NCBI RefSeq assembly: GCF_001194135.2
Contig: NC_068986.1
Span: forward strand, 80,265,850-80,329,849
Origin: Octopus bimaculoides
Taxonomy: Eukaryota
Direction of reading: 5' to 3'
Length of the DNA stretch: 64,000 bases
Shown here in pieces: positions 29,210 through 40,629 of this stretch; positions within the stretch are counted from its first letter, which is position 1, and every line of letters begins with the position of its first letter. The notes below the pieces were generated by a model. The model did not search any database. It had not been told where the DNA came from and saw only the letters and a program-made list of their open reading frames with translations. The translations under genes were made by a program, and so were the position numbers.

Positions 29210-29379
29210 TATATGATATTTACATATATAAAACATGAAAAACTGTACATGATAAGTTTTGTGAGTTGGTAAGATGACATTCTCAAATATAAGTAATAAT
29301 TCACGATACAGTTTCTTACAACTAGGCAAATCGATTTTAGTTTGCATATTACCATCCGGTAATGAGGTATTCTCAAAAT
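29210..29379 (-). CDS. RRN3: RRN3 coding exon 9 (N-FENTSLPDGNMQTKIDLPSCKKLYRELLLIFENVILPTHKTYHVQFFMFYICKYHI)
   Basis: attag|...|gtaagt, 170 nt, phase 1/0; contains the hallmark LPTH..HVQFFMFY motif. Confidence 0.97.
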
Positions 29380-30282
29380 CTAATAATGAAACAAAAAAGA
29401 CAATGGTTTAAAAATTTATGGATCACTTGTAGCATCTTAAGTTTAAGTTTACAGCCTCAACATTTTCAATTCTAACACCTCCACTGATGACAAAATATAG
29501 ATGAAATCGTATACAGAGAAAAATTAAATTACATCAATACTGACTACAATGCATTTTGTCACAGATACACCCACAAAATACCTACTGATGTGTATTTCAT
29601 ATTTTTTAGATAACATTTATGTACAATGTATTAACAGGCCTTCCATATATAGAGCCACACTCAAGAACAGTGTTAAACTTTTCTGTTCTGTGAGTGTCTA
29701 CAGTACTATCTCATGTTACAGAAAAGAGATCAAAACAGATAATGTTAAACCCAACAAGGACAGCAGAGTGACAGACTCATTTGAGCCTGAAGCTTGAAAT
29801 ACTGTGATATTTGTTCCAACTCTTTATGTTGTGAATTCAAATCACAGAGAGGTCAATAAATTAAAGTATCAGTCAAGTATTGCAGTCTACCATCCTGCCT
29901 CAAATTTCTGGCCCAGAAGCTATGTTAGAAATAATTATTAAATAAATAAAAAAAAACAGTGAGATAGTTAAAATTAATAGTGCTGAGCAAAATATTGGCA
30001 TTTATTTTGAGTTTAAATTTGCTTTGCCTGTCATCTCTCTAAATAGGAGGCAGTAATCAGATCAAGTATACTTCTTTATATCTTTTCTTGCAATCATGGA
30101 CTTGTGGTAAAGCTAAAAATCATTGATACACACACTGCCAAATATTTGTTTAAATCTATATATAACTCATTCATACACAAGGTGGCCTGTATAACTTGAA
30201 TAACATTTAAATGCTTATATGAACAACACAAAAATATACATTTACATTTGATGGATATTTGTCCTCATCTTGTTAGTTGTTA

Positions 30283-30325
30283 ACATGTTTCAGCTGATAT
30301 ACCTTCCAGCCTTCATTAGGTGTCT
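30283..30325 (-). ncRNA. Degenerate hammerhead ribozyme motif (mirror arm)
   Basis: Reverse complement reads GACAC-CTAATGA-A-GGCTG(GAAGGTATAT)CAGCT-GAAAC-ATGTT. Confidence 0.55.
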
Positions 30326-30642
30326 TGGGAAAATTTCGAACTTGGGTTCCCATTCCTAAGGTATTTTTTGATGTTGTTGTTATTATTATTATTATTAAGG
30401 TCACTGCCTGGAATCAAAGTCAGAATCTTGGGGTTAGTAGCCTGTGCTCTTAACCACTATGCCATATGCTCATGGGCATATGGCACAGTGGTTAAGAGCA
30501 CGGGCTACTAACCCCAAGATTCCAAATTCAATTCCAGGCAGTGACCTGAACAACAACGGCAACAACAACGGCAGCGACGATGACAACAACAACAAAAAAA
30601 AAGTACCTGAGGAATGAGAACCCAGCTTCAAAATTTCCCCAA

Positions 30643-30688
30643 GACACCCAATGAAGGCTGGAAGGTATATCAGCCGAAATGTTGTGTT
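30643..30688 (+). ncRNA. Degenerate minimal type I hammerhead ribozyme motif
   Basis: GACAC-CCAATGA-A-GGCTG(GAAGGTATAT)CAGCC-GAAA-TGTT-GTGTT. Stems I and II are present; the core is mutated relative to CUGAUGA. Confidence 0.6.
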
Positions 30689-31364
30689 AACAACAAACAG
30701 AATGAGGACAAATATCTGTCAAATGTAAATAATGTACATAATTCCTCATCTCTTAAATATAGAACTGTAACACAAAAATAGTATGGGACCTTGGTCAGAG
30801 GAGAAAGAGAGGTACACAGCTCAGTTTTTGAAGGAGTTGCAATAGTGGAGGAAACAGAGGAAGAAACCAATGCCTCTGGGTTGCTGCAGCAGGACACAGC
30901 AGATCAAGATATCATGCCATCCTCAGATCAGAAATCAAATTGCAGTGCTCTAAGCAGAGTGGTGTTACCTACAAGGGTGTCAGTGTTAAACCAGGTGATA
31001 GATAAAGTCTACCACCAATGAACAAGTACAGTCCATTCAATGAGCTTCAATACCATGTCTATAAGGCTTGGAACAAATGAAGACAATGGTAAAAGGCATT
31101 TGCCAAAGGTGTCATACAGCTGGATCAAATCCCAAAACGTGACTGGAAAGTGAACCTCTTCAGCATACTGGCACAACTTATGCAAGATATGTTCAGTATT
31201 ATACATAATCATTTATACATTTGAGTGTTTTATGTCCATCATTCTATGCTAGGATGATTTGGATAGAACTTATTTGAGGCAGTAATTTACAGCCACGTAA
31301 CCTTCATGTCCTGAACCATCACCTGCTTCTCCACTGATCTTCAAAAGCACATGGCTATATAATA

Positions 31365-32229
31365 CAAGATCTGATCAATAAGTATCCAGATTGTTGCAAC
31401 AGTAACAAAGCTAGAGCACACAGAGTGAAGCTGCTTGGCACAGAGTGACCTTGGACTCTGCTGTGCATGCACACTAAGCTTTAACATTCTAGCTCACTTC
31501 CACAGTTTACAACAGTGTTTGGCGGGAAAGTGTGTAGTGCGTGATTGTCGCATTGACCATGACAGACAAAGTTACCATGGCAAAAGCTGCTCAGAGGCCT
31601 ATATTAAGTTGCAGAAAGTGTATGGAGAGGAGTATATGAGCCACATGCAAGTGTACGAGTGGGTCAGACGTATCCAAGATATCTGATAAAATGTTGATAG
31701 TGACAAACGTTCTAGGAGACCCGCAACCAGCAGAACTGAGAAAAACACCGCATATGTGCATGCAGCTGGGAAATTGTCGAATCACCATCTGTGAGTTATC
31801 AGAGGATGTGCAGATTAATTACAGTTCATTATCACTAAAGATTTAGGTATGAGACAGGTCTACCAGATTTGTGCCAAAACTGCTTTCAGCTGACCAAAAA
31901 GACACTCCAGTTTCAGTCGCACAAGATCTTAATTGTGTTGAGAACAATGAAAACTTTTTGAAAACTTTGTGTAGGCCTCTGAGCAGGTATCACCAAGTTT
32001 TTGGCAAAACTTGAAGCAGATTCTCTGCTCAACTTTCTCTGTGATGGTCAATACAATTATCACAGGCTACATACATTTCTTCCAAGCAAGCACTGCTGTA
32101 AACAGCAGAAGTGAGCTAGAACATTAAAAATTAGTGCGCATGCACAGCAGAGTTCAAGGTCAATCTGTACCAAGCAGCTTTAGCTTCATTACTATGACAA
32201 CAGTCCAAATACTTACTGATCAGACCACG
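31365..32229 (+). mobile_element. Internally deleted mariner-type transposon with ~140-bp inverted ends
   Basis: TA flanks and long imperfect TIRs. Remnant transposase N-terminus EAYIKLQKVYGEEYMSHMQVYEWVRRIQD...DSDKRSRRP. Confidence 0.85.
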
Positions 32230-32872
32230 TATACTCTTTGCAAGGAATATAATCCCCACATCACAGTTTGCTCATAGCATAACACATAGCATAAAGACAT
32301 GCAATATAAGCATTCACTCATACACACAGGAACAAACATATGCAAGTGCACATGAGCACATGTGTGCATGTATGTATTTATACAGCTCCCAGAGGCAATG
32401 TCAAGTGACCAAACTTATGGTGAACTGCTGTGCTCGAGAAGACACATCAAGCTAAGTGAAAGTGTGGTCATGGCCAGTGACATGTGAAAGGCATCTATGC
32501 CGGTGACACATAGAAGAGACACCCAGTACACACTGTAGAATGGTTGGCATTAAGAAGGGTATCCAGCTGTGGAAACTAAGCCAAAACAGACAACTGGTGC
32601 CCGGTGCAGCTCTCTGGCTTACCATCCCAGTCAAACTATCAAACCCATGCCAGCATGGAAAACAAATGCTGATCACACACACAATTATCAATTCAACTCG
32701 CAGAGCATTGGACAGTCCAAGGGTATCAGGACCTACCCAAGGTACTAGGCAGTGAGACAGAACCCAAAACTACATTATGGCAATTCCATATCCACACAGC
32801 TACGCCTGAGCCTAAACGTAACATTTAACCATTCATACATTGTAAACAACAATAGTTATACAATGCACTTAC

Positions 32873-32990
32873 TATTATAGGCCACATTCTGTATGTGAGA
32901 TAACAGTATGTTCATGAGAACATCTAACATTTCAGCTTGTGGATGTTTCATCAACTGGTTAGTATTAAGATCAAATTCAGTTTTAGCAAC
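32873..32990 (-). CDS. RRN3: RRN3 coding exon 8 (VAKTEFDLNTNQLMKHPQAEMLDVLMNILLSHIQNVAYN)
   Basis: tttgtag|...|gtaagt, 118 nt, phase 0/1; matches human MVHPVAERLDILM. Confidence 0.93.
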
Positions 32991-33434
32991 CTACAAAAAA
33001 NNNNNNNNNNNNNNNNNNNNNNNNNNNNNNNNNNNNNNNNNNNNNNNNNNNNNNNNNNNNNNNNNNNNNNNNNNNNNNNNNNNNNNNNNNNNNNNNNNNN
33101 NNNNNNNNNNNNNNNNNNNNNNNNNNNNNNNNNNNNNNNNNNNNNNNNNNNNNNNNNNNNNNNNNNNNNNNNNNNNNNNNNNNNNNNNNNNNNNNNNNNN
33201 NNNNNNNNNNNNNNNNNNNNNNNNNNNNNNNNNNNNNNNNNNNNNNNNNNNNNNNNNNNNNNNNNNNNNNNNNNNNNNNNNNNNNNNNNNNNNNNNNNNN
33301 NNNNNNNNNNNNNNNNNNNNNNNNNNNNNNNNNNNNNNNNNNNNNNNNNNNNNNNNNNNNNNNNNNNNNNNNNNNNNNNNNNNNNNNNNNNNNNNNNNNN
33401 NNNNNNNNNNNNNNNNNNNNNNNNNNNNNNNNNN

Positions 33435-33467
<33 letters not shown>

Positions 33468-33471
33468 ACAG

Positions 33472-33905
33472 CTGCATAAAGAAGTGCCAAACTCTAATTG
33501 TGGAGGGAAGCTGTGGAAGGAGTAGACCCAAGAAGATGTGGGACAGAGTGGTGAGATGAGATCTTTGGACGCTCGGCTTCACTGAGGAAATGACAGAGGA
33601 CCAGGAGATGTAGCAATTTGCTGTACTTGAGAAGACACATCAAGCTAAGTAAAACTACTGTCATCCAAACATACAGGATTCTCCTTTATAGATGCTGATG
33701 CCACATAAAATGTACTCGTGCCAGTGCTGTATGAGAGCACCTAAGCTAGTGGCACATAAGCGCCCAGCACACTCTGAGAAGTGGTTTGTATCAGGAAGGG
33801 CATCCAGCCCAAGAAATTAGACAATTGGAGTCTGGACAGCTCCTGTCAAACCATCCAACTTCTACTAGCATGGAAAACAGATGTTAAACAATAATGATGA
33901 TGATG
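33472..33905 (+). mobile_element. RTE 3' fragment and tail
   Basis: GGAAGGAGTAGACCCAAGAAGATGTGGGA (GRPRKTW-like), followed by the shared tail and (GAT)n. Confidence 0.75.
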
Positions 33906-34140
33906 ATGGTGGCAGTGGTGGTGGTGTGGTGTGTGTTTGGCCCCCAATTGATAACTAGTGTTGGTTTGTTTACTTAGTGATTTGGCGAAAGAAACCAATA
34001 GAATAAGTGCCAGATTTTAAAGATAAGCACTGGAGGCCAATTTGTTTGACTAAACCCTCCAAGGAGGGTGTGCCAGCTTGGCTACAATTCAATGACTGCA
34101 ACAAATAGAAGAACTGATAAATTCTGGTTATCAAACTTAC

Positions 34141-34209
34141 CACATCAATCATCTCAGTCAGATCATCACTTTCATTCTCAGCAAATATTTCATGGTGAGG
34201 ACTCAGCAA
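34141..34209 (-). CDS. RRN3: RRN3 coding exon 7 (LLSPHHEIFAENESDDLTEMIDV)
   Basis: ttgtag|...|gtaagt, 69 nt, phase 0/0; acidic loop at the expected position. Confidence 0.85.
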
Positions 34210-34684
34210 CTACAATGAAAAGTAGTCAATTCATATCATACAAGCAGAAAAGTGAAAAGATAAGAAAAAATAATTCTTTTTTCGAACTGAATCTAGAAGC
34301 AAATTTAAAGCTACAAACAAAAGCATATAAACAATGGGCTGAAAAACCCTTTTGAATAGAAAAAAAGTCAAAGGCTACTGGAGCCATGCGCCTTCACATA
34401 AATACATAATGTATAAATTCTGAGTTTAACAATGTGCAAAACAGATAAAAGTAAATAAAAATGAAGGAAGAGCTCAACCCATGTCAAACTCTTAAAAAAA
34501 GTGGCATGGCTATGTGATAAGAAGCTTGCTTCACAACCACATGGTTCAGGGTTCAGTCTCACTGCATGGAACCATATGCAAGTGTTTTCAACTATAGCCT
34601 TGGACGAACTTGTGAGTGGATTTAGTAGACAGAAACTAAAACCTGTCATATGTGTGTATGCATATACATGCGTGCGTGCGTGTG

Positions 34685-34716
<32 letters not shown>

Positions 34717-34861
34717 TGTATGTGAGAGTTCTCCACCACTTCCATCACATCCCTTGACAACTGTAACTTAGCAGTTCAGCAAAAGGCACCAACAGAATAA
34801 GTACCAGGCTTTGATAAAATAAGTAATAAGGTTTGAAATAGTCAAAAAAATTTCTTCATGG

Positions 34862-35021
34862 CACAGGCGTGGCTGTGTGGTAAGAAGCTTGCTTCTCAAC
34901 CACATGGTTCTAGGTTCAGCCCCACTGCATAGCACCTTGGGTAAGTGTCTTCTACTATAGCCTCAGGCCAACCAAAGCCTTGTGAGTGGATTTGGTAGAC
35001 AGAAACTGAAAGAAGCCCATC

Positions 35022-35117
<96 letters not shown>

Positions 35118-35320
35118 GTGTGTCTGTGTTTGTCCCCCAACCATCAGTTCACAACATTTGTTGGTATATTTACATCCCTTAACTTAGTGGCCTGGCAAAA
35201 GAGACCGAAAGAATAAGTACTAGGCTTACAAAGAATAAGTCCTGGAGTTAATTTGTTTGACGAAAGGCAGTGCTCCAACATGGCCACAAACAAATGACTG
35301 AAAGAATAAAAGAATAAAGG
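34862..35320 (+). mobile_element. tRNA-derived SINE, near full length, with internal (GT)n(TA)n; representative of the most abundant family
   Basis: A-box TGGCTGTGTGG and B-box-like GGTTCAGCCC. Many partial copies, e.g. ~40-185(-), 9555-9725(-), 11650-11822(-), 18085-18215(+), 22335-22500(-), 34500-34650(+), 37300-37450(+), 46395-46540(+). Confidence 0.85.
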
Positions 35321-35432
35321 TGATGCCCCAGCATAGCCACAGCCTAATGACTGAAACAAAAAAAAAAAAATGGACACAAATTGAAACTTTTTCCTAAGTG
35401 ACTACACTAGAAATTAAATACTTCTTACTTAC

Positions 35433-35601
35433 ATCAAAATTAACCATTTTTGTTATGATAAGTTCCAAGATTTTGTAACGATGATCAGGCATGAACATTG
35501 AAATCTGTAGTAAATTTCGAGTATAGCATTCTACCGTGAAAACATTGCCTTTGAAATAAGGAAATTCTTTCGAAAGAAGACTCATTAAGACATTCGGCAT
35601 C
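35433..35601 (-). CDS. RRN3: RRN3 coding exon 6 (MPNVLMSLLSKEFPYFKGNVFTVECYTRNLLQISMFMPDHRYKILELIITKMVNFD)
   Basis: tttacag|...|gtaagt, 169 nt, phase 2/0; strong match to human FPF...ECYVHNLLRIS...ILELIIEKLLKLD. Confidence 0.97.
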
Positions 35602-35730
35602 CTGTAAAGAAGAAAAGGAAAAGATAAAAAACCATTGTTTACAGTTTCCTGGTGTTATCAAGATAGAGGCAGACAGGTGAAACAAGGAAAATTATACAAG
35701 AGAAAAAGTAAACAAAATGGGATAACTTAC

Positions 35731-35833
35731 ATAGGCATATTGCCAAAGATAGATTTCAGAGCAAGCTGAATGTGACCACATAATATCAAATGTTCTTTTT
35801 GTTGAATATCCACAGGAACAGAAGAATTTAACA
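35731..35833 (-). CDS. RRN3: RRN3 coding exon 5 (V-LNSSVPVDIQQKEHLILCGHIQLALKSIFGNMP-M)
   Basis: ttttag|...|gtaagt, 103 nt, phase 1/2; matches human CHRALQIIARYVP. Confidence 0.9.
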
Positions 35834-35959
35834 CTAAAAAAAAAAAAATACAATAAAAGTTATACAAACCAGGCCAGCAGATTTATTCTGCAATATTTAC
35901 AAAAGAATAACTTAATTAAAAGAAAAGTTTGAAATTCTGAGCATTTTTCAACTCTAAAA

Positions 35960-36264
35960 GATAGCATGGTTTAGTGTTTAGGGTGATCGGCTCACAATCG
36001 TAAGATCAGGAGTTCAATTCCTGGCAGCGCGTTGTATTCTTGAGCAAGACACTTTCTTTTACATTGCTCCAGTTCACTCAACAAGCAAAAATGAGTTGTA
36101 CATGTAATTCAAAAGGCCGGCTTTGTCACATTCTGTGTCATGCTGAATCTCCCTGAGAAATGCATTATGGGTACATGTGTCTGTGGAATGCTCAGCAACT
36201 TGCACATTAATTTCACAAACAGGCTGTTCCATTGATCAGATCAACTGGAATCCTTGTCATAACC
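35960..36264 (+). mobile_element. tRNA-derived SINE, second family
   Basis: A/B-box-like head (GAGTTCAATTCC) and central CTTGAGCAAGACACTT...CTCCAG domain. Confidence 0.8.
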
Positions 36265-36269
36265 AACAT

Positions 36270-36815
36270 TTTTCATGCTGGCAAGGGTTGGATGGTTTAA
36301 CTGAAGTTTGTGAGGCAAGGAGTCACACCTAATCCCATGGTCTGTTCAAGCATGGCTTCTATGGCAGGAGGTACCTCCTAATGTCAAGCCCTCCACTGAG
36401 TATATAGAGTGCTTTTTATGTGGCACCAGCACTGGTATCAATTCAGCTGTGACAGATAGGTCTTCTTGAGTACAGAAAGGCACTAGATATCTCGATCCTT
36501 AGTCATCTCCTTTGTAAGGTTCAGTGTCTTGAGATCGGCCTTCGATATTTGGTCCCATGTCTTCCTGGGTCTTCTTCCACAATTTCCTTCCAGTTTAAGT
36601 GATCAGCACTTCTGTATGCAACTGTCAACATCCATATGCATCATATGACCAAACCAGTGCAATCTTCTCTCTTGCACACTGCATCTAATTCCTCTTATGT
36701 CCAACTTTTCCCTCGATACACTGCCACAAATGTACAGACATGTGTTCATATACATGTATCATACAATCTTCCTTTCATTCGGGGAGAGAGAGAGACCTTT
36801 GGTTGCCAACAGGAA
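36270..36815 (-). mobile_element. RTE 3' fragment
   Basis: Reverse complement of the tail plus the GRPRKTW-coding segment (CCCATGTCTTCCTGGGTCTT). Confidence 0.7.
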
Positions 36816-37551
36816 TCAGTATACAGAAAATAAAAAGGGTATTGTCCCAGCATGTCCACAACCTAGTTACTATTAACTATTTAAAAAATTAAAATGCTGC
36901 AACAACTCCATTGAGTTTATCAAATACAACACCCATCATAAACTATGCTGTTCTACTGATTGTATGGTTCTAAGTTCAATCTCATAACTGCAATATTTTT
37001 TTGTTTTGTTTTGATAGTGTTAATGAGGACACACAGAATCAACATTCACACATAAACAGGTTTCTTTCAGTTTCTGTCAAGCAGATCCGTTTATAAAGCA
37101 CTGGTCACCCCAAGGTGACCAGTGTTTTATATATAGTAGAAAAAACTTGCACAAAATGCCATGCATTGAATATGAAATCACGATTTCAAAACTAACTTTC
37201 TAATCATACATCTATGCTTGCACCTAAATGTACGTTTGTGCCTATTACATGTCATCAAAAACACCAGGTGAAATGACAGACAAAAATAAATACACACATA
37301 GGCACAGGCATGGCTGAGTGGTTAAGAAGTGCAACCCATGTAATTTCAGGTTTAGTCCCATTGCACAGCACCTTGATCAAGTATTTTCTACTATATCCCT
37401 AAGTCAACTAATGCTTTATGAATGAATACACTAGATGGAAACTGTGTGGAAGCCATTCATATGTATGTGTGTGTTTCTGTGCATATATATACGTATATAC
37501 ATACACATACATATATAGATATATAAAAAAAACAAAAATAAGAACTCTGTC

Positions 37552-37848
37552 AGTTATGATGACGAGGGTTCTCGTTCAACAGAACAGCTTGCTTGTGAAA
37601 TTAACATGCAAGTGGCTGAACACTCCACAGACACACATACCCTTAACATAGTTCTCATGGAGATTCAGCATGACACAGAATGTGCCAAGGCTGATCCTTT
37701 GAAAAATAGGTACTACTCATTTTTGCCAGCTGAGTGGACTGGGGCAACATGAAATAAAGAGTCTTGCTCAAGGACACAATACATCCCCAGGAATTGAACT
37801 CACACTCTTACGATCATGAGCTGAATACCCTAACCCACACGCCTTCAC
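37552..37848 (-). mobile_element. tRNA-derived SINE, second family, inverted relative to the 35960 copy
   Basis: Reverse complement aligns over ~300 bp with 35960-36264. Confidence 0.8.
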
Positions 37849-37879
37849 ATTCCTATATATAGATATATATATATATACA

Positions 37880-38200
37880 TCATCATCATCGTTTAACATC
37901 CGCTTTCCATGCTAGCATGGGTTGGACGATTTGACTGGGGACTGGTGAAACCGGATGGCAACACCAGCTTCCAATCTGATTTGGCAAAGTTTCTACAGCT
38001 GGATGCCCTTCCTAACGTTAACCACTCAGAGAGTGTAGTGGGTGCTTTTACGTGTCACCTGCACGAAGGCCAGTCAGGCGGTACTGGCAACGGCCACGCT
38101 CAAAATGGTGTATTTTATGTGCCACCCGCACAGGAGCCAGTCCAGGGGCACTGGCAACGATCTCGCTCGAAAATCCTACGAAGGCCAGTCAGGCAGTACT
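37880..38200 (-). mobile_element. RTE 3' tail with 2-3 units of the 66-bp UTR repeat
   Basis: catcatcatcgtttaacatccgctttccatgctagcatgggttgg... Confidence 0.8.
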
Positions 38201-38398
38201 GGTGTTTCTGTTGCCCTCTAGCAGGAAGGGAAAAAGACCAACAGAATAAGTATCACACTTAAAAGTAACTATTGGGGTCAATTTATTTGACTATATTGTT
38301 CCAAGACGGTGCCCCATCATGGCTACAACAGTCCAATGAGTGAAACAAGCAAAAGATAAAAAGATAAATCTATAAATTTTCAAATCATTATTACTTAC

Positions 38399-38525
38399 CA
38401 GGTTTAAAATGTTGCAACAACTTCTGAAGAATGAATTTTAAGTGAACAGGTTGTGCCACAACCAATCTTTTAAGAAATGATAGATAGTGTTTGCTCAGAG
38501 CTTCATTTACAAACCAATTTACAAT
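38399..38525 (-). CDS. RRN3: RRN3 coding exon 4 (IVNWFVNEALSKHYLSFLKRLVVAQPVHLKFILQKLLQHFKP)
   Basis: ttttcag|...|gtaagt, 127 nt, phase 0/1; matches human LPW...YLAFLGNLVSAQ...HFVP. Confidence 0.92.
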
Positions 38526-39104
38526 CTGAAAAAAATGCAAAAGAAAGTGTTATGATGTTAGTATACAAGCATGGTGTAAATTGGTATTACACAAATAAAT
38601 AGTCAGTTGCGGTTATCTAAAAATAACATGCCGCAGAAATATATATTAACATAAAACGCACTCCGTACTACTTCAACATAGGTACAATAGTCAGTAATCA
38701 CTGTTCAACTACTGACTGTTAGTTTGTCGTGTGTTGGTTTAACATAGTCAAATTAACAACATCAACTGTCCTCCCTGACAGTTCACTCAGTTTTTATTTA
38801 TTGCAATCGGTTAGTCCACCTTCGGCCATGTGAGAGAGTTTAGAGTTCTCCCATAACTGAGAAAAAAGAACATCACTATTTTGGCTGAATCCAAAAATAA
38901 AATTATGCAAAAAACGATGTACAGTTAATTAAACACCTCAGATAATCAGAAAACAAAAAGTTGGTTTGAGGAGGATCTGAACATAGACACTGAACAGATG
39001 ACAACAGAGTAATACAGGACTTTATAAGGCAAGATGCAGGAAATTTTAACAAACACATATGTAGTGTGCAAGAGAGAGTACTGTGCTGGTATGGTCATAT
39101 CATC

Positions 39105-39510
39105 ATCGTTACCATTTAATGTTCACTTTCCATGCTGACATGGGTTAGACAGTTTAACCAGAACTGGTAAGCTGGAGAGCTGTACCAGGTTCCAGTCTGA
39201 TTTGGCATGGTTTCTACAGCTGGATGCCCTTCCTAATGCCAACCACCTCAAGAGTGTCTTTTACAGCTCACCGGCATGGGTGCCTGTTACAAGTCACCAC
39301 CACAACTATGATTTTCACTTGGCTTGACGAGTCTTCTCAACCACAACAAATCACCAAAGGTCTCGATCACTTGTCATTGCCTCTGTGAGACCCAACATTT
39401 GAAGATCAGGTTTCACCACTTCATACCATGTCTTCCTGGGTCTACCTCTGCCACAAGTTCCCTCCACAGTTAGCAATCAGTACTTCTTTTACACAGTTGT
39501 CCTTGTCCAG
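39105..39510 (-). mobile_element. RTE 3' fragment
   Basis: Shared tail plus CATGTCTTCCTGGGTCTACCTCT. Confidence 0.75.
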
Positions 39511-40629
39511 TTGTATAAAAAAAAAAATGTCAAGTGCTCAAAACAAATGGAACCTTTCCAAGGAGACCTAGAAAGACATAAGACGCTGAATCTCATAATG
39601 AGATAACAAAGAATTGTGACAAGCTGCAGCACATGGAACTGAAGAAGATCTACCACCCATATAAACGTGGCAAAATGGATGTTAAAATAGTGAGGATGGA
39701 GGTTGGAATGTATATCTTCATTTGAGTTATTTGCTGATTATTTTCTCCATCTACTGCCTCCCCACCTCTTCTATCTACTCTCTCATATTCACTATAATAT
39801 TGCCTGCTGTATAATGAAAGATAACACTAGCTCTGCTTGTATTCAATCCTCACCAATCATTAAGGAAAGCATTGGATGTCCATACAAAATACCCACCACC
39901 CACACAAAAATTTGACAAAGCAGGAATAAATGGGTTAATTTTATATAAATTATTCCCTGCAGCATTCACATTCATGAAAACATGGAAAAATATTCACAAG
40001 ACAAGCCACTTACCCAACATGAACTTATACAGTTTCAACACACCAGCCACATGGTTAATTAAACAGATATGAGAACTAGATTTTGAAGTTTTTTTGTTTT
40101 TTTTTTAACGGTTTTGATCTCTTGTTTGTTGTATTAATTATATTTTATGTTACTCATTTACTTGCTACTTTTTATTCACATGACATTTTACTTAAAATTT
40201 CACACTGTATGAAAAACTTTCATCATCATCATTTAACATTCATTTCCCATGCTGGCATGGGTTAGACGATTTGACTGGAACTGCTAAGCTAGAGAGCTGC
40301 ACCAGACTCCAGTATGTTTTGGCTTGGTTTCTATGGCTGGATGCTCTTCCTGATACCAACCACTACACAGTGTATTGGGTTCTTTTACATGTCAGCAGCA
40401 CTGGCCATGACCAGGATTTAACTTAGCTTGACACGTTTTTTCAAGTACAGCAAATTGCCAGAAGTCTCATATTCTTCTTCAACAAAATTCCTTACACAAC
40501 ATCTTGAATAGCATTTATTCTGCATGTATTACTGAAAAATTAGGTATTAATTATAAAACTGAAGAACAGGAATGTGCTTATTAGTAATAGTCTTTAATAT
40601 CTTTGTGAAAACTGGGAGACAGCATATTC

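Larger units (their letters stand above)
30240..30730. mobile_element. Palindromic head-to-head tRNA-derived SINE-like element with hammerhead-like tails
   Basis: The two arms are reverse complements around CTCATGGG (~30469-30476). Each arm has A/B-box-like motifs, an (AAC/AAT)n linker and a hammerhead-like motif. Confidence 0.8.

Noticed and set aside
30474-30546. Functional tRNA gene
   Set aside because: No acceptor-stem closure and a degenerate B box/T arm; it is a SINE head.
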